Shown here one piece after another: positions 31,352 to 42,612 of a stretch of DNA of 64,000 nt. How positions within the stretch are numbered: the first letter of the stretch is position 1; every line of letters begins with the position of its first letter. The stretch is from an uncultured Spirochaetota bacterium (lineage in GTDB: Bacteria; Spirochaetota; Spirochaetia; SZUA-6; Fen-1364): contig CAVTHO010000003.1 in NCBI GenBank assembly GCA_963734545.1, forward strand, positions 1-64,000. The letters run 5' to 3'. The notes beneath the pieces are model-generated. The model did no database searches, was not told where the DNA came from, and worked only from the letters and a program-made list of their open reading frames with translations. The translations under genes were made by a program, and so were the position numbers.

Positions 31352-32413
31352 CTACCGGTCCCTTTCGAGGCTCCGCGCGCAGATGTCCTGCAGCACCCCG
31401 GCATGCGCTGCCGAAATCGGCAGGGAGTCGATGATGCGTTTCGCGTCCCGGGCAAGTCCCTGCAGCATGCTGTCCAATGTGCTCCGGGCGCCGAGCTTTT
31501 CGATGGCGCCCCGCACGTGCGCGGCCTCGGCCCGGCTCAGTGTCGGCTTGCCGAACAAAGCCTCCAGCTCCCGCCTCTCGGCTCCCCGCGCCCTTCGGAA
31601 CAGCTCGAGGTACAGGAGCGTCTTCTTGCCCTCCCGGATGTCCGAGCCGACAGGTTTGCCGGTCTCCGCCTCGGTGCCGAACATGCCGAGGTCATCGTCG
31701 CGCACCTGGAAGATGACGCCGAGGCGCTCGCCCAGCTCGCCGAGCTTCCGCCGTTCCGCGGCCCCTGCCCCTGCGAGCAGGGCACCTGCCATCAGGGGGA
31801 GCGAGAATGTGTAGCGGGCCGTCTTGTGGAGATAAAGGGCGATCACCTCGTCACGCGCCGGAATCCGATCGAACGCGCCGAAGGCGATGTCCTGCATTTG
31901 CGCGAGCCCCACGTAGGCGAGCTCCCGGGAGACCATGGCAAGGAGGGACGCCCGGGCTGCCGGCTCCAGCGGCAGTCGGGAGAGGATGTCCCAGGCCACG
32001 AAGTAGCCCACGTCTCCCGCGCAGATGCCCATGGAGAGACCGAAACGGCCGGGGTCCGCGGCGTGCCGGGCGCGCCCCACCTGTTCGTACTGCGCGAACA
32101 TGGTGCGGGCGCCACGTCGCAGCCGGTCATTATCCATGATGTCGTCGTGGATCAGCAGGGAGGAATGGATGATCTCGAGGGCCGCCGCTGCCCGGGCCAC
32201 TGCCGCGGGCGCGGCCCGGCCCGCGTGCATCTCGTAGCCCAGGAGGAGCAGCCCGCCGCGCACCATTTTCCCCCGGGCGGCGAATGCACGGAGACGCGCG
32301 CACACGTCAGGTCCCCACGTGTTGATGCGGCTGAAGTCCGAGCGCCTCTGATCGAGCAGCCGGCGCAATTCACGCGCAATGAGGGGCTTTTTCCGGGCGA
32401 TCCAGTCTCGCAT
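31352..32413 (-). CDS. Polyprenyl diphosphate synthase
   Basis: GKMVR, LIHDDIMD...RRG, KTA.YT, FQVRDD, SDIREGK.T. Confidence 0.93.
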   Translation of the reverse strand: MRDWIARKKPLIARELRRLLDQRRSDFSRINTWGPDVCARLRAFAARGKMVRGGLLLLGYEMHAGRAAPAAVARAAAALEIIHSSLLIHDDIMDNDRLRRGARTMFAQYEQVGRARHAADPGRFGLSMGICAGDVGYFVAWDILSRLPLEPAARASLLAMVSRELAYVGLAQMQDIAFGAFDRIPARDEVIALYLHKTARYTFSLPLMAGALLAGAGAAERRKLGELGERLGVIFQVRDDDLGMFGTEAETGKPVGSDIREGKKTLLYLELFRRARGAERRELEALFGKPTLSRAEAAHVRGAIEKLGARSTLDSMLQGLARDAKRIIDSLPISAAHAGVLQDICARSLERDR

Positions 32414-32449
32414 CCTCCGCCGCCCTATACCGCACCGCCCTGCAAGTTC

Positions 32450-33791
32450 TTATCGCGGATGCGCGACGACTTCGGCAAGACCCTTCTTTTCGGCCAGCTC
32501 GGCTTTCAGCATCTCCTCCCGGGACTTGTTCACGTAGCTCCTGTTCTGGAAGGAATAGGTGAACTTCGTATGGATGTCATAGGTGCCCTGGATGAGCGCG
32601 TAGGTGTCCTCCGTCATGACCAGCTCCTCATCGGTGGGGATGACGATAGATGCGCACCTTCGACCCTGGTCCCGTGATCTCGGATTCCGCGTTGCGGGTT
32701 ATGGCCATCTCGTTCTTCCGCCTGTCCATGACGATGCCCATCTCCTCGAGCCCTTCCAGGCACTTCTCCCGGGTGATGGGCCCGCGCTCGCCGACTCCCG
32801 CGGTGAACACGATGGCATCCACCCGGCCGATTGCCGCGTAGTACGCGCCGAGGTACTTCTTCAGCCGGTAGCCCTCGATGTCGATGGCAAGCTGGCAGCG
32901 CTCGTCGCCCTGGCAGGCCCCGTTCTCGATGTCGCGCCTGTCGGTGAACTTGTCCGTGATTCCCAGCACGCCGCTCTTCCGGTTGAGGATGCTGTCCATT
33001 GCCTCGGGCCGCAGGCCCTCCTTGCGCATGACGTAGAAGCCGATGGCCGGGTCATGGTCGCCGGCGCGCGTGCCCATCACCAGGCCCTCCAGGGGCGTGA
33101 AGCCCATGGAGGTATCCACCGACACTCCGTTCTTGACGGCGTTCGCGCTGGAGCCGTTGCCGATATGGAAGCAGATCAGGTTCGTGGCGAACGGGTCCTT
33201 GCCGAGGAGCACCGACGCCCGCTTGGCCACGTACAGGAACGAGGTGCCGTGGAAGCCGTAGCGGCGGACCCGGTAGTTCTCGTACCAATGGTAGGGCAGC
33301 GCATAGATGAATGACGTCTTCGGCATGGTCTGGTGCCACGCCGTGTCCATGATCGCGCAGTGGGGAACGTGCGGGAGCACCTCGCGCGCCGCCTCGATGC
33401 CGGTGATGTTCGGCGGATTGTGCAGGGGCGCCAGGTCGGCAAGGTCCCGAAACGCGGCAAGCGCATTGTCGTCGATGATGACGGACTTCGCGAACTTGTC
33501 CCCTCCGTGCACGACCCGGTGCCCCACGGCCTTGATCTCCGAGAGATCGCCGATGGCGCCTACCTCGGGATCCAGGAGAGTCTGCACGATCAGCTCGATG
33601 GCTTCCCGGTGATGCGGGCAATCGTGCTCCTTCTTGATTTTCTTTCCGCTCTTCTTCGAGTAGTGATTGATGAATGAGCCTCCCACGGTGACCCGCTCGA
33701 CGATGCCCGAGGCGAGCACTTCCCTTTCTTCCCAGCGGTACAACTGGTACTTCACCGACGAGCTTCCGCAGTTGAGGGTGAGGATGTCCAT
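32450..33791 (-). CDS. ackA: Acetate kinase with C-terminal extension; frameshift near 32645
   Basis: [53 protein letters not shown]. Confidence 0.95.
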
Positions 33792-33925
33792 TCAAAGGCT
33801 CCTTTTAGAGAGAAGGAATGCACGGCGCAGCCGCACTGGATTGTAGTACCGTGAATCAACGCTGAGGTCAAGGCAAGGCGCCACGGTGTGCAAGCGGGAC
33901 GAAATCCGCCCGCGTATGGACATTC

Positions 33926-35271
33926 GTGCGCCGTATTTTTATTGCATTCTTTGTTCTTCTCGGCCTTGCTCACGCGCGGAGTGATCCTGCGGTGGTCAGC
34001 CTCGACTCCCGCGCCGATCTGGACGCGGCAGTCGGCTTTCGGTGCGCGCTGTCCCATGATGACATCCGCGTCTTCTGCGCCTGGCAGGGCCGCGCGTCGT
34101 CCGCGGATGGGATGGAGAGCGCGCTTCCCACCCTTGCCCTGGCAACGCGCTGGCTGCTGTTCGGACCTGCTGCCGGAACGGGTCTGCTGAGGGAGGCATC
34201 GAATCCTCTCGGCTTTTCTCCGAGAAGCGACGTATTCACCGAGCGCACCGGCGTTCGCCTGGACGGGTCCCTTCCCGCCGGTGACCCCGGATTCCTGTGC
34301 ATGCCCGTCCCGGATGTCCTCGGGTTCTACTGCCTGCCCTGCGCGAACGGGGCGCGCGCCTGCGGCTTCTTCGCAAGTCTTCAGGTTCGGCCCTGGCTCC
34401 GGGCGGAAGGCTTCCTCAGCTCCTCTGAGTCGAGATCAGAGCATTCCGGTGAGGAGTGGTTTCGCTCCCACCCGGCCGATCCCGGAGGCGCCATGACAGC
34501 GACCGGCGTGAGGCTCGAGGTGGAATTTCCCGGGGTCTCCGTGGGAGCAACACTCGGGGGCTCGTTCTCTGAAAGAGCTCCCCCGGCTCCTTCATGCTCC
34601 TGCGCGGTTCATGGCAGGGGAATGGCCCGTTCGTCGAGGCCCTCCTTGGCAGGGCTGACGCGACGTACCGCCGGCCTGGCGGTGAGGGTCTCGAGGCCGG
34701 CTCCGCGTTTTCAGGCTCTGCCGGCATCGCGGGCAGGGGTCGTTCGGCGAAGGTCTCCTACGCAATCTGCCGCGATCAGCCGGGATTTGCGCCCCAGACC
34801 TGTCTGGCGGGCAGCGAGATCATGGGAATCGTGCTCGAGCAGGATCTCGCAGCGGCCGGGTTCGCCGGGGTCTGCAGGGCAGAAGCGGAGAAACGGATCA
34901 ACCTCGACCCGATGGGAATCCGGCAGCAGTCAGGCCGCTGCTCGGCGTCGCTGAAGGGGAAAATCGGAAGCCTGGAGGCAGCGGGCCGCGTGCAGGTGAA
35001 TGAACCCGGCGGCATCGATCTTTCCCTGGCCGGCGCATTTCAGGATACGGGCGGGAGCCCGCGCTTCTCCATTGAATCGCGCCTGGGCCGGCTGAGCGCG
35101 GGGCGCCCGGTCCTGACTCTTCTTGCGGCACTGGAGCTGGAGCGGCAGGATGCCAGGCTCTCGATCGAGCCGGGTATCGAAGAGTGGACTGTCTCGTCCG
35201 CTGCGGGGGAAGCGATCAGGCACCTCCGACTGAAAGTGTCCTGGAGCACGCGGCACACCCTGGGCAGATAG
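33926..35271 (+). CDS. Hypothetical exported protein, possibly beta-rich; frameshift near 34585
   Basis: Signal-like N-terminus MRRIFIAFFVLLGLAHA; overlapping ORFs 33926-34954 and 34594-35271. Confidence 0.5.
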
Positions 35272-35297
35272 GCGCCGCCCCGTGCCACGAAGCGCTC

Positions 35298-36215
35298 TTA
35301 CCACTCGCCCACCAGCAGCACTTCCCGCTCGAGTGGGAAGCCAAGTCGGCGTCGCGCCTCGTCCTCCACCAGCTCGATCAGGGAAAGGACGTCCCGCGCG
35401 GTGGCGCCTCCCGTGTTGACAATGATGTTGCCGTGGAAGGGTGCCACCTGGGCGCCGCCGATCCTGCGGCCCTTCAGGCCCAGAGAATCCACGATCACCC
35501 CGGTGGGTGCGCCGAATGCGCGGTTGTTCTTGAACACGCTTCCCGCGCAGGGGAAGAGGAAGTGGCCCTTCCTTTCCCTGTCTTGACGATGTTCCTGCAT
35601 CCGGTCCTCGACCTGCCGCGGATCACCCGGCGCAAGGCGGAAACCCGCCCGCAGGATCACGCCCCGCATTCCCTGAAAGGGGGACACCTTGTAGTCCCAC
35701 TCTTCGCGGCGCATCGGGAGTCTTCTCTGTCCGTTGTCGGCGTCCAGGTAGTCGACGAACTCCAGCACATCGCTTACCTCGCGCTCATAGCAGCGGGCAT
35801 TCATCCACACCGCGCCGCCCACGCTTCCCGGCAGCGAATAGGCGAACTCCATTCCCGCAAGGCCCCGGGACAGGGCGAACTCCGAAAGGGCGGACACCGG
35901 AGTGCCCCCGAGCGCCGTGAGGAGGGTGCCCTCTGCCTGGAGACCGCTGAGGAGCGTGAGATCGATCACGACGCCTCGCACGCCCTTGTCGGAGACGAGG
36001 ATGTTGGTGCCGCCCCCCAGCACGAAACACGGCACGGATTCCCTGTCGCAGAGCGTGACGATCTGAACGACCTCCTCCGGGGTGCGCGGCGCGGCAAACA
36101 GGTCTGCCGGCCCTCCGAGACGGAAACTGGTGTGACCGGCCAGGATCTCGTCTTCTTCCAGCCGCCCCTCGATCTTGATCATGCCCGCCAATTTCCGTAC
36201 TGTTGTCACGGTCAA
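35298..36215 (-). CDS. murB: UDP-N-acetylenolpyruvoylglucosamine reductase
   Basis: HTSFRLGGPA, LGGGTN, PGSVGGAVWMNA, AGSVFKN, HGNIIVN, LEREV. Confidence 0.96.
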   Translation of the reverse strand: MTVTTVRKLAGMIKIEGRLEEDEILAGHTSFRLGGPADLFAAPRTPEEVVQIVTLCDRESVPCFVLGGGTNILVSDKGVRGVVIDLTLLSGLQAEGTLLTALGGTPVSALSEFALSRGLAGMEFAYSLPGSVGGAVWMNARCYEREVSDVLEFVDYLDADNGQRRLPMRREEWDYKVSPFQGMRGVILRAGFRLAPGDPRQVEDRMQEHRQDRERKGHFLFPCAGSVFKNNRAFGAPTGVIVDSLGLKGRRIGGAQVAPFHGNIIVNTGGATARDVLSLIELVEDEARRRLGFPLEREVLLVGEW

Positions 36216-36290
36216 AATAGTAGCGGGCGCGGCCGCCGCGGTCTACCGTGACATTCTATTGCCGGTGCGCATACCCATGGAGGGCATGTC

Positions 36291-37708
36291 GTGGAGCTGA
36301 AACTCTGGAACACGATGGGCAGGGAGATGCAGCGCTTCATCCCGATCCAGAACGGAAACGTGGGGATGTACTGCTGCGGGCCCACCGTCTACGACTACGC
36401 CCACGTGGGCAACCTCCGCACCTATGTCTTCGAGGACATACTGAGACGGACCCTCGAGTACTTCGGCTACAAGGTCCGCCACGTGATGAATGTCACGGAC
36501 GTGGGCCACCTCACCGGTGACACGGATGAGGGAGAAGACAAGATGCTCAAGGGCGCCCGGGAGAAAGGCAAGACGGTCTGGCAGATCGCGGACTTCTATA
36601 CGAAGGCCTTCTTTCGGGACTTCGGCCTCCTGAAATGCGCCGCGCCCGCCGTGATCTGCAAGGCCACCGAGCACATCCAGGACATGATCGACCTGATCGC
36701 CCGGATCGAGGCAAAGGGATTCACCTACACGGCGGGGGGCAATGTCTATTTCGACATCTCCAAGTTCCCGGGCTACGGCAGGCTCGCCCTGCTGGACAAG
36801 CAGGATCTGCAGGCGGGGGCGAGGATCGCCGTGGACGAGGGAAAGAAGAACCCGGCGGACTTTGCCTTGTGGTTCACGAAAGGCAAGTACGAGCACCAGG
36901 CCATGCTCTGGGATTCGCCGTGGGGAAAGGGATATCCCGGCTGGCACATCGAGTGCAGCGCCATGTCCATGAAGTATCTCGGCGAGCACTTCGACATCCA
37001 CTGCGGCGGCGTCGATCATCCTCCCGTGCATCACACCAACGAGATCGCGCAGTCGGAAGCGGCCACCGGGCAAAGTGGGTCAACTACTGGATGCACGGCG
37101 AGTGGCTGCTCATGGGAAAGGAGAAGATGGCGAAGTCGACGGGCAATCTCGTTCCGCTCTCTGTCCTGACCGAAAAGGGGTACGACCCGCTCGACTACCG
37201 CTACTTCTGCCTCGGCGCGCACTATCGCACGCAGCTCGCCTTCACGTGGGAGTCCCTGGACGCTGCCCGGTCGGGCAGGCTGGGCATCGTGGAAAAAATC
37301 ATCCAGCTCAGGGGAGAGGCCGCCGAGGATCCGGCCGAGCCGGCGGGCAAGGCGCGTGAATATCTGGACGACTTCGAGACGCACGCCGCGGAAGACCTCA
37401 ATATGCCGAGATGCCTTGCGGACCTCTGGACGCTCCTGAGGGACTCGACGGTGCCGCCGGGCCCCAAGCTCGGCGCCGCCTTCCGCATGGATGGCATACT
37501 CGCGCTGGGCCTGTCCGAGGCAACGGAGAGCGAGGTGAGCCTGGACGAGGAGACGCGGAGACTCCTGGAGGAGCGGGAGGGCGCGCGCAAGGCCCGCAAT
37601 TTCAAGAGGGCAGACGAGATCAGGGCCCTCCTTCTTTCGCGCGGAATGGAGGTACAGGACAGCCCGGCCGGGCCGAAGGTACGCTTTGCCCATGGTCAAA
37701 GGCGATAA
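36291..37708 (+). CDS. cysS: Cysteinyl-tRNA synthetase; frameshift near 37070
   Basis: [37 protein letters not shown]. Confidence 0.96.
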
Positions 37709-37714
37709 AAAGCT

Positions 37715-37740
37715 GTAACATCGGCAATTAATCGTTGTTA
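37715..37740 (+). promoter_or_regulatory. Putative ECF-sigma (autoregulatory) promoter
   Basis: GTAAC-17 nt-GTTA in an AT-rich gap just upstream of the ECF sigma ATG; no clear RBS. Confidence 0.4.
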
Positions 37741-37743
37741 GTA

Positions 37744-38274
37744 ATGAGTAACACTGAATATGCGCGCCCGCCATCATTCGACGTGGTTTACGTTGCTCTG
37801 TTCCCCGTCATCTACCGCGTCTCCCTGCGAGTGACTGGCGACAGGGAAATCGCAGAGGATTTGTGCCATGAAGCCTTCATCAAGCTTATGGAACGCCCTT
37901 ACTTGTTGCCTGACATCGAACAGTCAAAATACTGGCTCATCCGCGTGGTGAAGAACCTTTCACTCAACCATGAAAAGAGAAGAAACCGGGAAAAAGCAGC
38001 GTACGCGAAACTCACCCGCCTCACTGCCGGGGTATCGGAATCGAGCGAGAGGCAGCTCATGAAGGAAGAAACGCGCTCGGATGTGCAGACGGCATTGGAC
38101 GGCCTGCCCTACAACCTGAGGGCGCCGCTGGTGTTCCGGGAGTACGGGGACCTGAGCTACAAGGAGATTGGAGCGATCCTGGGGATAAGCGAAAGCAACG
38201 TCAAGGTGAGGATCTTTCGCGCCAGGGAGCGCCTGGTGACAGCGCTTGCTGAAGGGGATGTGTATGTGTCCTGA
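37744..38274 (+). CDS. ECF RNA polymerase sigma factor (RpoE-like)
   Basis: AEDLCHEAF, WLIRVVKN, LSYKEIG.ILGISE.NVKVRIFRAR. Confidence 0.93.
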   Translation: MSNTEYARPPSFDVVYVALFPVIYRVSLRVTGDREIAEDLCHEAFIKLMERPYLLPDIEQSKYWLIRVVKNLSLNHEKRRNREKAAYAKLTRLTAGVSESSERQLMKEETRSDVQTALDGLPYNLRAPLVFREYGDLSYKEIGAILGISESNVKVRIFRARERLVTALAEGDVYVS

Positions 38275-38818
38275 TCGTGAAATTCTTTCCGCGTATCTCG
38301 ATGGCGAGATCGGTTCTCCCTGGAACACGGCTATCGGCGCACACGTGGCGGCGTGTGAGAAGTGCCGCGCCGTCATCGAAAGACTCGAGAAGACGCGCCG
38401 CATCCTTCAGGAAGACCCCGTCGGGGACTGGAAGGAGCCGATGGAGAGGGTGCGCAGAGCGATTCTTACCCGGGTCGCTCCCCCGCCGCGTCCCATTCCC
38501 GCGTGGAGGCGCCAGGTGTCCCTGCCGCTCCCCCTGGCTGTCCTGGCCGCGGTCCTGCTGATCGCTCTCGGGGTCTCCTCGGCACTCTCCATCGTGCGCG
38601 CGAACATCGGCTTCGTCAAAATCACCAAGGCTCCTGCCGGTGGCACCGAATACCAGTTTGCCGTCCCGGTGGACAAGGTCGAGGCGCTGCTCAAATCGGT
38701 CGGCGGGGGAGACACCAGTCTCGAGGCCGTGCTGACAATCCCCAAGAACGTCAAGCTCGTTCCTGTCGGGGCGCCGCGCATGGGCAAGGAAACCGAGTTC
38801 CCGAGGAAAAAACCATGA
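38264..38818 (+). CDS. Zinc-finger (HxxxCxxC) transmembrane anti-sigma factor
   Basis: CPD..LSAYLDGE...HVAACEKC followed by one TM helix. Confidence 0.9.
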   Translation: MCPDREILSAYLDGEIGSPWNTAIGAHVAACEKCRAVIERLEKTRRILQEDPVGDWKEPMERVRRAILTRVAPPPRPIPAWRRQVSLPLPLAVLAAVLLIALGVSSALSIVRANIGFVKITKAPAGGTEYQFAVPVDKVEALLKSVGGGDTSLEAVLTIPKNVKLVPVGAPRMGKETEFPRKKP

Positions 38819-39330
38819 TGAGGAGGCCGATGAGGAGTCGCAGCGTCGTCGTCCCGCTCCTCCTCACGCTTGCCGTGGCCGGGGCGCACGCACAGGAAAC
38901 GGTGGTAGATCCCAAGGAAGCCCTGCAGCAGCTGCTCTCCAAGGCCCTGAGCGTCACCATCTCGGCCCGCGTGCTGCCCTTCGACGCGCAGGGGGATTCG
39001 CCGATCTGGAACGCGGAAAGCACGAAGCTCACTATTCCCGGCAGGTCCATCAAGGTCAGGCTGGACGGCGACAATGTGCGCATTTACCTTATCTGTACGC
39101 CCTACCTGCAGGAAGACGGGGAAGTGCTTCTTGTCGCGCAGGGACAGGTCTGGCTCACGGAGCCCACGGACAGGGAGGTCAAGTATTCCAGCACATTCTA
39201 CAGCATCCCGCTGTCCTTCGGAGAGAAGGTCCTCTTTTTCCCGCTCGGTCTCTCCAGTGCCGAGGCGCAGCGCAAGGACTTCTACAATATCGAGCTGGAA
39301 ATCAAGATCGTCCCGTACGAGGAAAAATAG
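38815..39330 (+). CDS. Exported hypothetical protein in the ECF operon
   Basis: Signal peptide ending AHA-Q; ATGA overlap with the anti-sigma stop. Confidence 0.75.
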   Translation: MMRRPMRSRSVVVPLLLTLAVAGAHAQETVVDPKEALQQLLSKALSVTISARVLPFDAQGDSPIWNAESTKLTIPGRSIKVRLDGDNVRIYLICTPYLQEDGEVLLVAQGQVWLTEPTDREVKYSSTFYSIPLSFGEKVLFFPLGLSSAEAQRKDFYNIELEIKIVPYEEK

Positions 39331-39365
39331 CGGGACAGGGTGTGGCGCCTCTGCGTAGCGATGAC

Positions 39366-41110
39366 ATGACCCGTGAAGACCGGGCATCGAGTGCCGGGGA
39401 GACCGGCGGGAAGGGCACCGGGAGCGACCAGGTCAAGCCGCACCAGCGGCTGCTCAGGAGCAAGGGCTTCATCCCCACGGTGGTCGTCGTTGCCCTCGCA
39501 GCGTTCGTCCTGCTCAGCCCGCGGATGGCGGGAAGCCCGCCCCGCCTGGAATCCATCACTCCGACACGGGGGAAGCCGGGTGACGTCATGATCGTCACCG
39601 GTCACAACTTCGGGCAGCACCGCGATACCTCGGAGGTCCGGATTTCCGGCGTCTCTCCGACCTCCACCGACTACGGGGAATGGACCGACACGCGCATCAG
39701 CGTCACCATTCCCGACGAGGCCGCCTCCGGGATCGTCTACGTCATCACGAAGAGCGGCCGCAGCAGCGGCCTTCTGTTCATCAACCAGGGCGACATCCCG
39801 CTGCCCGCGTCGGGCTCCGCTCGCCCGGGAGACCCGTATATCGTCAACAACAGCGACAATCCGATCCAGCCCTCGGCGGCGCGGGTCGGGGACACGATCA
39901 CGATCTACGGAATGAACTTCGGCCTCGAGAAGGGCACCTCGGAGGTGTACTTCACGTGGGCCGGCCAGCAGTCTCCGTCCAGCGGAAGCCTCGACCTCTC
40001 GAATCTCCTTCCCGCGCGGGACTACAACCTGGACTACATTTCCTGGTCGGACCGCGAGATCAAGCTGCGCGTGCCCGACGGCGCCGCCTCCGGGAACGTG
40101 CTGGTCACGTCGGACAAGGGCAGGAGCAATGCCGCCTATTTCGTCGTGAACAAGGGGCCGGCACGAAGACTTTCACCTCTCTCCGGAAGTATTCGATCCA
40201 GTACGCCATGGACGTCGCGGTCACCGCCGCATCGGGAGACAACACTCTCTACCTCTGGATGCCGCGCATCCTGCCGACGCCCGAGCAGCGGAAGATCGAA
40301 ACGGTGGACCAGGACCCGCAGCCGCTGCTGGACACGAGCAGCTCCGCGCTGTACTCCTTCTCCAATCTGCAGAAGGGCGGGAAGTACAAGGTCACCTTGA
40401 GCTGGATGTTCGATCGCTACGCCGTCGAGACACAGGTGAACCCGGCGGACGTGCCGCCCTATGACACGACATCGGAGCTGTACGGCAGGTTCACCGCGCC
40501 GGACTGCGCTGGTGCCCTCGACGAGCCCCGAGATCGTCAAGGCCGCGGCCGCGGCGGCAGGCGGGGAGAAGAATCCCTGGCTCAAGGCACGCAGGATCTA
40601 CGACTGGCTTCTCACCCAGTTCAAGTACTGCCCCGTCCACCGAGGACCCGATGCACAGCGCTGCGCTCTGAAACGGGCGACGCGTTCGTCTACTCGTCGC
40701 TGTACTGCGCGCTGCTGCGGGCGGCGGGCATCCCCGCGCGCATGGTGTCGGGGTACCTCGTCGGGGACTCCGGCGCAGCCGACCCGCCGCCACTTCTGGG
40801 ACGAGTTCTACGTGGAGACCCTCGGGTGGGTGCCCGTCGACCCGCTCCTCGGCGACGAGAAGTCCCTCGTGCCGACGCCGCCGCCCGAGGATTTCGACGC
40901 GCAAGGCGTACTATTTCGGGAACCTCGACAACCAGCACATCACGTTCACGAAGGGACTCGAGGAGGTGAACCAGATGAATCCCGCGGGCACGAGCGCGAG
41001 GATCCACGCGGACCTCCCCTACCTGCTCACGCATCCACGAGGAGGCGGTGGGCGGGCCTGACCTCGTACACGACGAGCTTCGAGGACCTGCGGTCACCGG
41101 GACCTATTAG
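39366..41110 (+). CDS. Membrane-anchored protein with two IPT/TIG domains and a transglutaminase-like domain; frameshifted
   Basis: G.NFG...W(T/S)D..I...P..A.SG twice; ALLRAAGIPAR, HFWDEFY, GWVPVDP. Confidence 0.85.
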
Positions 41111-41115
41111 CGCAC

Positions 41116-41194
41116 GCGGTACTAACGGACCCCGCGGCGAGCGAGCGCCTTCCGTCGAGCGGTACTCCGCAGCCTGGCGACTAGCGGTACTCGC
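41116..41194 (+). repeat. Cluster of three GCGGTACT motifs (one full GCGG-TACT-CCGC hairpin) between convergent genes
   Basis: GCGGTACT at 41116, 41159 and 41184. Confidence 0.65.
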
Positions 41195-41205
41195 ACGGTC
41201 AGCTC

Positions 41206-42442
41206 TTACTGCTGGGACGCGGCCTTGCGCCGCGCGCGCTCGATCTTCTCCATCTTGCTGTAGTACTCGGACTGCTTCTGGATCTCCTCCACGTCCGTCG
41301 GTGGCGATCTTGTTGTCGGCGAGGACCATCTTCTTGTTCTCGAAGAGCTTCCGGATGTACGGGGTTGCCCTTGTCGCTGGAGAGCCCCACGGTGTTCAGC
41401 AGCTCCTTGGGGCCGAGCTGGAAGGTGTACTTCGCTGCCGGCGACGATGGGGATGCGGTTCTTCTCCAGCTGCAGGAGCAGGGCGTCATAGAGCCTGCCC
41501 AGCGGGTCCTGGATGAGGGTGTTGGCGAGCTGCTTGTAGATGAACCACAGCCGCTCGGCGAGGAGCGTGGTGAGCCGGGTGATCAGCTGGGGCTGGCTCT
41601 GCACCATGCGCTCGAAGTTCGCCTTGTTCACGGCCATGAGGCTGCAGTCCTCGTTGGCGATGGCGGAGGCCGAGCGCGGCTTGTTCTCCAGCAGGGCCAT
41701 CTCGCCGAAGATGTCCCCGGTCTTCAGCATGGCGAGCAGCACCTCGTTGTCCTCCACGATCTTGGTGATCTTCACGACGCCCCGCTGGATGATGTACAGC
41801 TCCGTGCCCGGCTCGTTCTCGCTGAAGATCATCGTGTTCTTCGGGTAGGTGCGGGTGAAGTCGTCCGTGCACCTTGTCCAGGTACACCGCCTTGGCGTAG
41901 GGATGGATCTTGGCCATGCGCTCCTTGGCCTTGTCCGCGTTCGGATCCGTGGGGCAGTACTGGAGGAAGCGGTAGTAGGCGTAGTAGGCCTGGTTGTACT
42001 GGCTCTGCCGCGCGTAGTACTCGGCCACCTTGAACAGGTGCGACGGGTCGCCGCTGGCCGTGTTCTTGAAGGTGAGGCGCGTGAGCGCCTCGTCGAGGAA
42101 GCGCATCTTGCGGGAGAAACTCTGGATGATCTTCAGCGCCACGGGGGCGTTGCGCTCGATGAGCAGGCCGTACTGCTCGCGGGCCACGGAGATCAGCGAG
42201 ACGTCGGTGAGGGCGAGGGCGGTCTCGATGTGGCTGTGCGAGGACATGGTGGAGATGACGCCGAAGAAGTCGCCGGGAGCGAGGGTGTTTCCGCCCTCCT
42301 CCTCGACGACCTCCACTTCCTTGCTGATGCGCACCTTGCCGCTGCGGAGGATGTAGAAGTAGTCGGCCTTCTGCTTTCCCTCCACGATGATGTACGAGTT
42401 CTTGTTGAAGTTGACGATCGACAGTTGAAGCGGGCTGGCCAT
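41206..42442 (-). CDS. Cyclic-nucleotide-binding protein (two cNMP domains around a TPR-like segment, Crp-like C-terminus); frameshifted
   Basis: YILRSGKVRI..GDFFG and YIIQRGVVKI..GDIFGEMALLENKPRSASA. Confidence 0.88.
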
Positions 42443-42528
42443 TCTTTTTACCGTCTCACCAGGCTACCAGTATAGAGATCGGTTTTTCCGTTGTCAATGT
42501 GAAGAGACGGGGATCGTGCCGCGCAACC

Positions 42529-42568
42529 CTGCGGGGTACCGCTCGGAAAGACGCACGGAGTACCGTGC
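42529..42568 (-). repeat. Two tandem palindromic element copies
   Basis: Minus strand GCACGG-TACT-CCGTGC (42553-42568) and GAGCGG-TACC-CCGCAG (42529-42544). Confidence 0.7.
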
Positions 42569-42612
42569 CAGCCGTAGCCACCAAACCGACCGTTTGGTAT
42601 AGTGGGGCACTT

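Noticed and set aside
36235-36250. CGCGG-TCTA-CCGTG between murB and cysS as an element copy
   Set aside because: Loop does not fit TAYY and there is no ATTTG tail; too weak.
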